DNA of 64,000 nucleotides. It comes from Verrucomicrobiota bacterium. Lineage in GTDB: Bacteria > Verrucomicrobiota > Verrucomicrobiia > Verrucomicrobiales > JBCCJK01. Of the stretch, positions 30,101 through 38,748 are shown one piece after another. The stretch is from positions 9,724-73,723 of the forward strand of contig JBCCJK010000009.1 in the NCBI GenBank assembly GCA_039027815.1. The letters are read 5' to 3'. The notes beneath the pieces were generated by a model. The model worked only from the letters and a program-made list of their open reading frames with translations, had not been told where the DNA came from and made no database searches. Position 1 is the stretch's first letter. The number at the start of each line of letters is the position of its first letter. A program made the translations under genes and the position numbers.

Positions 30101-30591
30101 TCAGCCCTCTCGAACTAAAACGAGGGCTCCTCACCTTCTCGCCCGAAGAAGGCTTTCTGCCACGCCTCCAGCTCCGAGCCAGCTCGGAACTCAAGCCCTA
30201 CCTCATCAACATCTTTGTCGATGGACCCGCCACCTCCCCCGAGTTCACCCTAACCTCCGCCCCGCCCCTGCCCGAATCCGAAATCATGACCCTACTCGCG
30301 ACCGGCACCACCACCGACGGGCTGACCGACCGGGACGCCGTCTCCGCCAAGGCCCTGCAATTTCTTATCGAAGAACTCCGCCAAGGCAGCTTCCCCTATG
30401 GAGGCCTTCTCAGCCAACTCCTCGAACCCTTTCGAGACGTGCAACTGCGGGTCGGCGCTGAAAACCCTTACTCCGGGCAGTCCTCCTCATCGGCGACCGT
30501 CGAGATCACCGAAAACCTCCAAGTCACCGGAGCCATCAGCGATGAAAACAGCCCCCGCGGGGTGCTCACTTACCTCTTCCGCTTCCGCTGA
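27133..30591 (+). CDS. tamB: TamB-like translocation and assembly module protein (AsmA-like / DUF490 C-terminus)
   Basis: 1152 aa with an N-terminal anchor helix (FRFSALALVLSLWINGPG), a long repetitive beta-rich body and a C-terminus ending ...GVLTYLFRFR. TTG start. Its stop abuts the ATG of the Omp85 gene. Confidence 0.75.
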   Translation: MSSSSDSPSPPRRYRKRWYATKRFRFSALALVLSLWINGPGIRWILETYTLSLVKKQGLEGTLDFSGWLHSGLGLRDVRLVGQGEVRQVRIERLQLNWRLWEIVTGQLRAVTAQGLHFAGHLPAGKKEPALAEEATPPPDPRETVTALLKTLSSRLGPLQLDLQDLSCHLTQGQDQVWQLASTSLRHESGSRQVLLELGEFRYPGGQPLPAQTIRLTLAEERFSLDRMQLPGAWVLEQFELTAPSPEALTTSLDLRYGQSTLLLQSSDGFDKALCQLSGPPFPLSRALSEFGIQDVRGQIDSLRLVATGLFPDLGQARAEARLAASGLGYQEWEAPELSLAGTLAGKDLDGRLEALFEDIPLTLTASGNLAQQVARLRLQLPTLQKVQDWVGRRFLDLSPTPPPLLGQGELLAQVRWGETIHLPEASLALTSLSVDGSPLSPLTLSGSFQNPEEYAGALQLGRPDETLLQASFSQSAAGYTAQMALLEKGWPILRQLATAFGANALPEGDLLLSFEGSGHLAGGRHRGQLSASSPSLTLATDLSPSLGLEAEFDWPRSATIHSLQVGLEPGTLSLAGRWSEDRLRLSQVEATLADGSLLLQASASLPCALDATTLDRFLSQEGDLDLQVKVPPGANARWAQLAPTLPALTGTGGLQLALGGTWSRPEIDGSLDLRQIALPEKPEIPPSDLFFALQTSPAGDLQVTGRAQADRLPPLTLEGRFPLRPLDWVPGDQSLANSPIDLSLQLPRVELAVFHGLAPQLESLSGSAELQLRARGTVAEPLLTGFVKAEDLAYRSDLESITDVTDGDLHLLLDDRQIEIAEWVIRGAGGRMEITGGGDFTDLADPAFDLTLLGDHLLLWRDEIVSARANTRLRLAGRLSESLLSGRLALVESLLFKDINLIPSGPAFGLPSQPSLPAIQGPPPPSSDPPPFLAGCRLDVQVLTEDPLLIRGNRIRGRITSSLQVGGTLAEPLPDGSIRLENVSAQLPFSPLELKRGLLTFSPEEGFLPRLQLRASSELKPYLINIFVDGPATSPEFTLTSAPPLPESEIMTLLATGTTTDGLTDRDAVSAKALQFLIEELRQGSFPYGGLLSQLLEPFRDVQLRVGAENPYSGQSSSSATVEITENLQVTGAISDENSPRGVLTYLFRFR

Positions 30592-32574
30592 ATGAAAGGG
30601 CTGGCTCTCTTCCTCTTGGCCGCCCTCGGGGCCACGGCTGCGGAACTGCAAGTGGAAGGCTTGCCCGAAGCCAAGGTCAACGCCCTGCGCCAGGAATTGG
30701 GCGGACGCTTGGACTTCATCCTGGAGCGCCCCGCCACCGCCTTCCGGGCCAGCGATGCCGCCTTCCTCTTCGAACGGCGGCTGCACCAGCAGGGCTATCG
30801 CACCACCGAAGTGGACTGGGACTTCGATGCCGCAGCCAACCTCATCCGCCTGAGCGTCGACCTCCAAACCCGTTACTCCTGGAAAGAAGTCCTGGTGGAA
30901 GGCGCGGCCACCCCTGAGGAGTCAAACCGCCTGAGAGGCCTCTTCCTCCTCCCGGCGAACGAACGCAACCAACTCGGCGGCGGCGACCCGCCCTTTCTCC
31001 CGGGCGATATCGATGAAGGCCTCTCCCTCCTGCGCGCGGACTTCAAAAGCCGCGGCTACTGGGAAGCCACAGTCGCGCTCCTGGAGCGCACCTTGGCAGA
31101 AAACGGAAGCGTCTCAGCCCGCCTCCAAGTCACCTCCGGCCCTCTTTTTTCCCTCAGCCGTCCCCAGATCAAAGGCCCCTCTGGCATTCCTCGGGCCGAG
31201 CTGGAAGCACCGATTCAGGACCTCATCGGCCAAGTCGCCGACACACCGAACCTGAATGCGCTCCGCTTCCGGCTCCAAAAGCTCTACGCCAATGCCGGCT
31301 ACCAATTCGCGACCGTGGCTCTTCAAACCGAAAAAAAAGGCCAACAGCTCCAGCCAACTCTCCTCGTCGACTCGGGCCAGCAATTTGTCGTCGGCCAGAT
31401 CCGCTTGGAGGGCCTCGCTCTCACGAATCCGAGACGCGTGCAGGCTCAATATGCCTCCCTCCCCGGCCAAGCCTACCAGGTGGAAGCCGTTCAGGAAATC
31501 GACCGTCGACTCCTCGGGACCGGGGCCTTTCGCTCGCTCAGCCGCCAACTTCAGCCCCAGGACGACGGCACCCTCGACCTCCTCGTCCAGTTCGAGGAAT
31601 CCGAGACCACGAGCATCGCGCTCCACGGCGGCTTTGGCACCTTTGAAGGCCTCATCCTCGGGGCCGACTACCGCCTGACCAACTTGGCCGGAGAACTCTG
31701 GCGCCTGACCGTAGGCTTCGAAGTCACCAATCGCGGCCTCCTCGGCGAAACCCGCCTCACCAACCCCCTCTTCTTCAACACCCCGCTCCGCTTCGACGCC
31801 CGTCTCTTCGGCATCACCCGGGATAATGAAGGCTACACCAAAGCCGAGACTGGCCTCGACTTCCATTGGCGCTACGACTTCACCGCCGCGCACACCATCG
31901 ACGCCGGTCTCCACGCCTCTTTTGTGACGGTCGAAGAAGACGGACTTCCCGCGAGCGTCCTCGGGCCGACCGACTTCGCAGACCTGGCCCTCTCACTCAG
32001 GAACATTTGGGATTGGCGAAACGACCCCATCTCCCCCAAAAAAGGCAGCTACGTCTCCTGGGACCTCGTGCTGGGCTCGACGCTCGCCAGCCGCTCCGCC
32101 CCCTACCTGCGCAGCGAATGGGAACTGGGTCACTACCGCCCGCTGACAGAGAAAAGCTACCTCGCCGCCAAAATCCGGACCGGGCTCATCGCGGGGAGCG
32201 ACCTGGAGAGCGATCTGCCCATCGACCGCCGTTTCTTCCTCGGTGGCCCCGGCAGCGTCCGCTCCTTTCCCCAGCGCGAACTCGGTCCCCTCGTAAACAA
32301 CCTCCCCACGGGCGGACTAGGTCACTGGTCCAGTAGCCTGGAATACATCCGCACCCTGGTCGGCCCGGTCCAAGCAGTCCTCTTCACCGACGCCGGGGCC
32401 CTCAGCGCGGACATGGCCTTCTGGGAGGCCGAGGAAATCGAGCTCGCCCTGGGGGCTGGCCTCCGGCTCGACCTCCCGATCGGCCCCGCCCGCCTTGAGT
32501 ATGGTCACAACCTCACCCAAGACGAAGACGACCCCGAGGGCGCCATCCACTTCACCTTCGGCTTCGAGTTTTAA
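30592..32574 (+). CDS. Omp85-family outer-membrane protein (TamA/BamA-like, POTRA domains plus beta-barrel)
   Basis: 660 aa with a signal peptide (MKGLALFLLAALGATAA), POTRA-like repeats, RFFLGGPGSVRSF and a terminal aromatic signature HFTFGFEF. Confidence 0.8.
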   Translation: MKGLALFLLAALGATAAELQVEGLPEAKVNALRQELGGRLDFILERPATAFRASDAAFLFERRLHQQGYRTTEVDWDFDAAANLIRLSVDLQTRYSWKEVLVEGAATPEESNRLRGLFLLPANERNQLGGGDPPFLPGDIDEGLSLLRADFKSRGYWEATVALLERTLAENGSVSARLQVTSGPLFSLSRPQIKGPSGIPRAELEAPIQDLIGQVADTPNLNALRFRLQKLYANAGYQFATVALQTEKKGQQLQPTLLVDSGQQFVVGQIRLEGLALTNPRRVQAQYASLPGQAYQVEAVQEIDRRLLGTGAFRSLSRQLQPQDDGTLDLLVQFEESETTSIALHGGFGTFEGLILGADYRLTNLAGELWRLTVGFEVTNRGLLGETRLTNPLFFNTPLRFDARLFGITRDNEGYTKAETGLDFHWRYDFTAAHTIDAGLHASFVTVEEDGLPASVLGPTDFADLALSLRNIWDWRNDPISPKKGSYVSWDLVLGSTLASRSAPYLRSEWELGHYRPLTEKSYLAAKIRTGLIAGSDLESDLPIDRRFFLGGPGSVRSFPQRELGPLVNNLPTGGLGHWSSSLEYIRTLVGPVQAVLFTDAGALSADMAFWEAEEIELALGAGLRLDLPIGPARLEYGHNLTQDEDDPEGAIHFTFGFEF

Positions 32575-32591
32575 GGAGCGAATGGGGCGTT

Positions 32592-32669
32592 ATACCAAGC
32601 TGCAGAATTGGCTGGTAGAATGGCCGAGTGGATTTCGGGCCAGACCAAGGCGCGACGAGGGCGCGTGCA
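32592..32669 (+). repeat. Copy B of the repeat family: 5' fragment only (~78 nt)
   Basis: ATACCAAGCTGCAGAATTGGCTGGTAGAATGGCCGAGTGGATTTCGGGCCAGACCAAGGCGCGACGAGGGCGCG matches the first ~75 nt of copies C and D, then diverges. Confidence 0.85.
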
Positions 32670-32723
32670 CTCCACCTCGTGCCACCCGGCCCCTGCTCGC
32701 CCCCCTCTTCCCCGGCCGAACTC

Positions 32724-34199
32724 TCAAAAGAGAGGTGGCGGGATCTCCACGCCATCGATCTCCGCATCCCGCCCTTTGCCAAAACGCTTGTCTTTCTGGT
32801 AGGTTTCGGGAAGCGCGGCTCGCCACTTGTCCGCCTTTTTCGCGAGCCGCTCCGTGATCTCAGGAAACGCGCTCGCCACATTCTGGCTCTCGCTAATGTC
32901 TTTCGAAAGGTCGTAGAGGAGCGGACCATTTTTGGACTCATGAAACTTCCAATCGCCGGCCCGGATGGAGACTCCTGCGCCGGGAGAGGAAGGGCGCCAA
33001 TAGAGATCAGAGGCTCGCTCAGCTGGACCGCTCAACCAGACTCGGGAGAGGTCTTCCCCATCGAGATTTTCCGGCAGAGACGGCAGGCCCGTGATCCGGC
33101 CCAAAGTCGGCAGCCAATCGAGAAAAGAAGTCACACTCTCCTCATCGATCCGGCCCGCGGGGACCTTGCCCGGCCAGCGAATGATGAAGGGCACCCGAAC
33201 CCCCCCTTCGAATTGATTCCCCTTGTAACCCCGCAAGGGACCGGCGTAGCCCAGCATGTGCTCAGCGAAGTCCCGCTCGCGATTTTCGTTCTGCGGCCCG
33301 TGGTCGCTTGAGAAAACCAAAATGGTGTTCTCAGCGATTCCCAAGCGCTCGAGGGTTTCCATGATGCGGCCCACGTTTTTGTCGATCCCGTAGACGTCCG
33401 CCACATACTGCGTCATGGAGTCTTGGAGATCCGGCTTCCAAGACTGGCTGCGATCAAAGCGTTCCTGGATCAGTTCCGAGAAATCAGCCCGATCAAAAGG
33501 GATCTCGCCGAACTCCGCGATCAGCTCGGGGTAGGCCTCCACCGGGTAGTGGGTGCTGTGCCCCCAGACGTTGGCGTAGAAAGGCTGGCCGGACTTGGCC
33601 ATTCGCTCGATGAAATCGATTGCTCGGTCAGTGAGCGGCTCGTCGCGGGACGGGGTATGGAAGCTATTGCGGTTGTTGCTCTCCGAAAAAACCTCGTCGT
33701 AGCCGTAGGTTCCGGGCGACTCATCAGGTCCCATGTGCCACTTCCCGAAGTGCCCGGTGGCATAGCCATGGTCTTTCAAAAGCTGGGTAATGGTCGGCTG
33801 CTCTCCCGTTCCATAATGCCCGGGATAGTGAGGATACCTCGCGGGATGCACTCCCGTCATGAGCCCAGCTCGGCTGGGCGCGCAGGTGACCCCGGCCACA
33901 TAATGCTGTAAGAAGGCGGTGCCTTCTTTGGCCAACTGGTCGATGTGAGGGGTTTTCGCGTAGGGGTGGCCCATGAAGGCGAGGTCGCCGTAGCCCAAGT
34001 CATCCGCGAGGTAGAGAATGATGTTGGGCGGCTGGGCAGCCCACACGGGCAACGCGCCGGCTAGCCAAGTCAGGGCCGCAGCCAAGCAGACACGGACAGG
34101 ACGGAGGAAAAGGCAATCTGGGGGGGATGGGTTCATGGGATCCACCCCTATACCGCGGAAGACAGCCATTTTGTTCAAAGTGGCTTCATTTCTCGCCAC
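32724..34199 (-). CDS. Sulfatase (formylglycine-dependent arylsulfatase family)
   Basis: LADDLGYGD and the active-site CAPSRAGLMTG (CxPxR) motif. The likely true start is the ATG at 34136, which precedes a signal peptide (MNPSPPDCLFLRPVRVCLAAALTWLAGALPVWA). Confidence 0.88.
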   Translation of the reverse strand: MARNEATLNKMAVFRGIGVDPMNPSPPDCLFLRPVRVCLAAALTWLAGALPVWAAQPPNIILYLADDLGYGDLAFMGHPYAKTPHIDQLAKEGTAFLQHYVAGVTCAPSRAGLMTGVHPARYPHYPGHYGTGEQPTITQLLKDHGYATGHFGKWHMGPDESPGTYGYDEVFSESNNRNSFHTPSRDEPLTDRAIDFIERMAKSGQPFYANVWGHSTHYPVEAYPELIAEFGEIPFDRADFSELIQERFDRSQSWKPDLQDSMTQYVADVYGIDKNVGRIMETLERLGIAENTILVFSSDHGPQNENRERDFAEHMLGYAGPLRGYKGNQFEGGVRVPFIIRWPGKVPAGRIDEESVTSFLDWLPTLGRITGLPSLPENLDGEDLSRVWLSGPAERASDLYWRPSSPGAGVSIRAGDWKFHESKNGPLLYDLSKDISESQNVASAFPEITERLAKKADKWRAALPETYQKDKRFGKGRDAEIDGVEIPPPLF

Positions 34200-34205
34200 C
34201 CAGCC

Positions 34206-36218
34206 CTACCAAGCGCTCTCCGTCTCCCAGCTCTCCAACAACTCCCCGGGGATGTCCTCTAGAAACGAGGAAGGCCGCTGGATGACGTCTCCACTAAAGC
34301 TGCCCGGCCACAGAAAGGGATAGGTCAGATACAGCTCATCCTTGGCCCGGGTCAGGGCCACATAAAAAAGCCGCCGTTCTTCTTCCATGCCCTCTTCGTC
34401 GCCCTGATCGGCCACTCGCGAGCTCGGGAACATGCCCTCGGCCAGCCAAACCAGGAAGACCACCCGCCACTCCAAGCCTTTCGCCTGGTGGACCGAACTG
34501 AGGGTCACGGCCTCCTTGTCCTGCTCTTTCTTACCGTCCGAGAGGGTGTCGGCCCCCGTGGTGAGCGAAAGCTGGGCCAGGAATTCGTCTAGCGTGGCGA
34601 ACTGCTCGGCGTAGATCATCAGTTGCTCGAGGTCCTGGCGACGATTGTCGTAGTTGGGAAACTTGCTCCGCATGTAGTCGTCATAGCTGGCCTCGATCAC
34701 CGAATAAATCATGGCGCGGGGCGGGGCCGGCTTTCCCCCGGGCACCAACTCGTCCATGGTATGAGCAAACTGCTCCCAACCCTTCCTGGCCTTCGGTGGC
34801 GTCTTGAAGCGGAGTAGGCTCTTGGAAAATGATTCGGGCAAGCCCTCCAGAGTCTCCGCGATCGCCAGCCAACTCGTCCAAAGCTGGTCGGCGGTTTTGC
34901 TGCCAATGCCCGGGAGCATGCGGGCAATCCGTTTGAAGCTCACTTCGTCCTTGGGATTGACCGCAAAGCGCAGGTAGGAGGCCACGTCTTTGACATGGGC
35001 CTGCTCGAAGAATCGCAAGCCGCTCGTGATCTGGAAGGGGATGCCCCGATTGGTCAGCTCCATCTGGATCTCCATGGAGTGGTAGTGCGCCCGGTAGAGC
35101 ACCGCCATTTCTTCCAGCTCGATTCCCTCGTCCCGCAGCTCGAGAATCCGCTGCCCCACAAACTGGGCCTGAACCGTGGTGTCCGCCAGGGGCACGAGGG
35201 CGGGCTTGTTCTCGCCAGCTTCCCGCCAAGCCTTGAGGTTTTTGGCGAACTGGCGGGTGTTGACCGCGATGGCCGCGTTGGCGGCCGCCAGGATTTCAGG
35301 GCGGCTGCGATAGTTGGTCTCGATCTTGTGAACCCTCGCCTTGGGGTAGCGCTTCGGGAATTCCAGAATGTTCTCGAAGTTGGCCCCTCGCCACGAGTAA
35401 ATGGACTGCGCGTCGTCGCCCACCACCATGAGACTCTCGTGCTTGGCCGCCAAGAGGTCCACCAGCTCACTTTGGATGCGATTGGTGTCCTGATACTCGT
35501 CCACCAGAAGAAACTGGAACTTCCGCTGGTAAAGCTGCCGGAGGTCCTCCTGCTCTCGGAGAAGCCGGTGGGGCAAAATCAGCAGATCATCGAAATCCGC
35601 GCTGTTGGTGGCCAGCTTCTTCTTTTGGAAGCGACCCGCAATGCCTTCGATGGCCGACTTGAAATGGGCAAAATACTCGTAGCGCCACTCCAAGACATCC
35701 CCGACTGCCTCTCCGCAATTTTGCGAGTAGCTCAGGAGATCGATGAGGACTTCAGGCTTGGGAAAGCGGACCGCCTTGGGATCAATCTCACTTTCGGCGA
35801 TGCAGGCCGCCATCAAGTCCTTTTGGTCCTCTCGATCGAGGATGGAAAAATTGGGCTCGAGGCCGCAGCGCTCCCCGTGACGACGCAAAAACCGCGCTCC
35901 AAAACTGTGAAAGGTGCCGCTCACGAGCGAGGTGGTGTCGTGGGAAACCAGTTCCTGGACCCGTTCCAACATCTCGCGCGCGGCCTTGTTCGTGAAGGTC
36001 AGCAGAAGAATGGCATCCGGCCGAATGCCGTTGTCCAGGAGGTAGGCGACCCGGTAGGTCAGCGTGCGCGTCTTGCCGGAACCCGCGCCTGCGATCACCA
36101 AAGCCGGGCCCGGAGGCGACGTGACGGCTGCCAATTGCTCGTCATTCAGTTCCGCGCGGTAGTCAATGCCACTCGTCCCGCTGGGACGGGCCGGTTCGAT
36201 CCGATAGCTGCGAGCCAT
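34206..36218 (-). CDS. UvrD/PcrA/Rep-family ATP-dependent DNA helicase
   Basis: 670 aa with LNDEQLAAV, Walker A AGAGSGKTRTLTYRVAYLL, VDEYQDTN and HQAKGLEW. Confidence 0.9.
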   Translation of the reverse strand: MARSYRIEPARPSGTSGIDYRAELNDEQLAAVTSPPGPALVIAGAGSGKTRTLTYRVAYLLDNGIRPDAILLLTFTNKAAREMLERVQELVSHDTTSLVSGTFHSFGARFLRRHGERCGLEPNFSILDREDQKDLMAACIAESEIDPKAVRFPKPEVLIDLLSYSQNCGEAVGDVLEWRYEYFAHFKSAIEGIAGRFQKKKLATNSADFDDLLILPHRLLREQEDLRQLYQRKFQFLLVDEYQDTNRIQSELVDLLAAKHESLMVVGDDAQSIYSWRGANFENILEFPKRYPKARVHKIETNYRSRPEILAAANAAIAVNTRQFAKNLKAWREAGENKPALVPLADTTVQAQFVGQRILELRDEGIELEEMAVLYRAHYHSMEIQMELTNRGIPFQITSGLRFFEQAHVKDVASYLRFAVNPKDEVSFKRIARMLPGIGSKTADQLWTSWLAIAETLEGLPESFSKSLLRFKTPPKARKGWEQFAHTMDELVPGGKPAPPRAMIYSVIEASYDDYMRSKFPNYDNRRQDLEQLMIYAEQFATLDEFLAQLSLTTGADTLSDGKKEQDKEAVTLSSVHQAKGLEWRVVFLVWLAEGMFPSSRVADQGDEEGMEEERRLFYVALTRAKDELYLTYPFLWPGSFSGDVIQRPSSFLEDIPGELLESWETESAW

Positions 36219-36226
36219 GTCGTGCT

Positions 36227-37801
36227 CTACGCTTTCGTCTGGCGGTCTGCTTCGTCGATCGATTTTCCATCATCCACCTTGGCGGTGAATTCCTGGAATT
36301 TCGCCAACTCTTTCTTAATCACCGGCAGCAGCAGGTAGACGCCGAGCAGATTGGCGAAAGACATGCTAAAGAGCATGGCGTCGGAAAAGTCGATGACCTC
36401 GCCCGGAGACATGGCCGCTCCCAAAATGATGACGGCGCAGAAGAGAACCTTAAAGACTAGATCCGCCGTCAACGACTTGCCAAAAAGAAACTTCCAGGCC
36501 TGCAGCCCATAGTAGGACCAGGTAATGAGCGTCGAGAGGGCGAAGAGGATGACGGCCGCCGAGAGCACATAAGAAAACCAGGGAATGACGGAGGCGAAGG
36601 AATCCGAGGTGATGGTCACCCCATCCATGCCCTCGTTCAGATAATCTCCCGTCACCACCACCACCAGCGCCGTCATGCTGCAAATCACGACCGTATCCAC
36701 AAAGGGCTCTAAGAGCGCCACCAAGCCCTCGCTGGCCGGGTAACGGGTTTTGACAGCCGCGTGGGCGATGGGAGCCGAGCCGATTCCCGCCTCGTTGGAG
36801 AAGGCGGCTCGTCGGATGCCTTGCAGCAGGGTGCCGATCAGACCACCCGCCAACGCATTCCCAGAGAAAGCGCTTGAGAAGATCAATCCCATGGTGGCCG
36901 GGATCTCGCCCAAGTGACTTCCGAGAACAATGAAGCAACCCACCAGGTAAACCACCGTCATCAGCGGAACCAACTTGGCGGTTGTCTTCCCAATGCGGGA
37001 AATGCCTCCGATGATGACCAAGCCCACCAAAATCGCCACCACCAGGCCCACCACCCAACGAAACCCTTCCACGCCCTCGCCGGCCACGTTCACAAACTGG
37101 GAGGTTGCCTGATTGATCTGAAACATATTGCCGCCGCCAAAGGAGGCTCCAATGGCGCACACACAAAAAAGAACCCCGAGGGTTTTCCCGAGCGGTCCCA
37201 AGCCCCGCTCGGCCAAACCACGGGTCAGATACATCATGGGACCCCCGTGCACTTTGCCATCGCGATCGATGCAACGGTATTTCACTCCCAGGGTGCACTC
37301 AGCGAACTTGCTCGTCATGCCGAAGAGGCCCATGACCAACATCCAGAAGGCGGCCCCTGGTCCCCCTACGCTGATCGCGATGGCCACCCCAGCGATATTC
37401 CCTAAGCCGACCGTGCCAGAGACCGCCGCCGTCAAGGCTTGGAAATGCGTGATTTCTCCCGGATCGTCTTCTTTAGAGTATTTGCCGCGGACCGTTTTTA
37501 ACGCGAGACCGAAGGCCCGAAAGTTGATGAACTTGAAAAAGATCGTGAGAAAGATCGCCCCTCCTGCCAGCCAGAGCAACACAAACGGAATAGCCAATTC
37601 CACCTTCTCGCCATCCGCCTCCACCTCGCCCTTCCAGACATCAAAAAAGACCACCTTGGAAATGGCGGCGGTGTAGGGAGCCACCGCTTGATTGATCTTC
37701 TCATCGACCGTTTCGGCGGGAGCTTCTTCGGCCATGGAAGGGGTGGCCAAAACAAGGCTTGAAATACCGATAATGAGATTCATTCGCAATAGTAGATGCA
37801 T
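36227..37801 (-). CDS. Alanine/glycine:cation symporter (AGCS family)
   Basis: FQALTAAVSGTVGLGNIAGVAIAISVGGPGAAFWM plus about 11 hydrophobic helices. The start is probably the ATG at 37801 or 37783; the track ORF start at 37921 lies in an AT-rich intergenic region. Confidence 0.85.
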   Translation of the reverse strand: MHLLLRMNLIIGISSLVLATPSMAEEAPAETVDEKINQAVAPYTAAISKVVFFDVWKGEVEADGEKVELAIPFVLLWLAGGAIFLTIFFKFINFRAFGLALKTVRGKYSKEDDPGEITHFQALTAAVSGTVGLGNIAGVAIAISVGGPGAAFWMLVMGLFGMTSKFAECTLGVKYRCIDRDGKVHGGPMMYLTRGLAERGLGPLGKTLGVLFCVCAIGASFGGGNMFQINQATSQFVNVAGEGVEGFRWVVGLVVAILVGLVIIGGISRIGKTTAKLVPLMTVVYLVGCFIVLGSHLGEIPATMGLIFSSAFSGNALAGGLIGTLLQGIRRAAFSNEAGIGSAPIAHAAVKTRYPASEGLVALLEPFVDTVVICSMTALVVVVTGDYLNEGMDGVTITSDSFASVIPWFSYVLSAAVILFALSTLITWSYYGLQAWKFLFGKSLTADLVFKVLFCAVIILGAAMSPGEVIDFSDAMLFSMSFANLLGVYLLLPVIKKELAKFQEFTAKVDDGKSIDEADRQTKA

Positions 37802-37892
37802 ATAAAAAGGACAGGATAATACAGTGAAAAATAGGGACGCAAGGGGTCTTTGGCAATCTAAGAGTCGAGGAAAACACAAAAGGGTCCCTTCC

Positions 37893-37905
37893 TGCAAAAT
37901 TTGCA
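37893..37905. promoter_or_regulatory. Perfect 6-1-6 palindrome TGCAAA-A-TTTGCA in the divergent AGCS/sdhC intergenic region (candidate operator)
   Basis: Read directly from the sequence. It lies in the only AT-rich stretch of this region, between divergently transcribed genes. Confidence 0.3.
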
Positions 37906-37978
37906 CAACTTTCCCCTTCATCCCCTTGCATTCACGGCCCGTAATGGCTAATCAGACATAAGTGCCCTGCCCCCTTTC

Positions 37979-38725
37979 ATGACGCTGATTCAATCCTCCC
38001 TCGCTTTTTGGCAGTCCTCGATCGGCAAGAAAGTGGTCGTCGCTCTCACGGGTGCCTTCTTGGTCTTTTTCCTACTGGGTCACCTTTCGGGAAACCTCCT
38101 TATTTATGCTGGCCCAGCCGCCTTCAATGACTACGCCTACTTCCTTCACCATATGGGCCATGGTGCTGGGATCTGGGCCTTTCGGATTATTTTTCTCGCG
38201 GCCATTGTAGCGCATATTGTGGCGACCGTTCAACTCACCAGAAAGAACCGAGGGGCCAGGCCCTCTTATCAGGTAAAGAAAACCAGCCGCACCACCCGCA
38301 ATGCTCAAATCATGATCTGGAGTGGCATCACGATTTTGGTGTTTTTTGTATACCACATTCTTCATTTCACCGTTCGGGTGGGAAATGAATACAACGATCC
38401 CAGCATCTACGGTTGGGACCTCGAACACAAGGTGCCCCTCTCCGCCGAAGAGGCCGCCGCTTCCGACCATTCGGCTCACAATGCTTGGCTCATGGTGGTG
38501 CATGGCTTCCAATGGTGGCCCGCCAGTGCCTTCTACGTGGTGGGAATGACCCTGCTCTGCTCCCATCTCAGCCACGGGATTGCCTCCATCTTCCAGACGC
38601 TCGGGGTCCGCTCGCGCAAAAGCTCGGACCTCATCGAGAAAACCTCCAAATTCATTTCGATCGCGCTCTACCTCGGTTTCATCAGCATCCCGATCGCCAT
38701 CCTCTTCGGCTTTGTCTCTGCCTGA
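37979..38725 (+). CDS. sdhC: Succinate dehydrogenase / fumarate reductase cytochrome b subunit (b558 type, 5-helix)
   Basis: 248-aa membrane protein ([28 protein letters not shown]) with conserved His residues. It lies directly upstream of the flavoprotein subunit. Confidence 0.85.
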   Translation: MTLIQSSLAFWQSSIGKKVVVALTGAFLVFFLLGHLSGNLLIYAGPAAFNDYAYFLHHMGHGAGIWAFRIIFLAAIVAHIVATVQLTRKNRGARPSYQVKKTSRTTRNAQIMIWSGITILVFFVYHILHFTVRVGNEYNDPSIYGWDLEHKVPLSAEEAAASDHSAHNAWLMVVHGFQWWPASAFYVVGMTLLCSHLSHGIASIFQTLGVRSRKSSDLIEKTSKFISIALYLGFISIPIAILFGFVSA

Positions 38726-38748
38726 ACCCGTCTCACGAAACTTCTCTC

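Noticed and set aside
37802-37978. A possible glycine riboswitch upstream of the alanine/glycine:cation symporter
   Set aside because: The minus-strand leader lacks the conserved GGAGAG...CACCGAAGGGGCAA-type cores. Only a short palindrome and AT-rich sequence are present.
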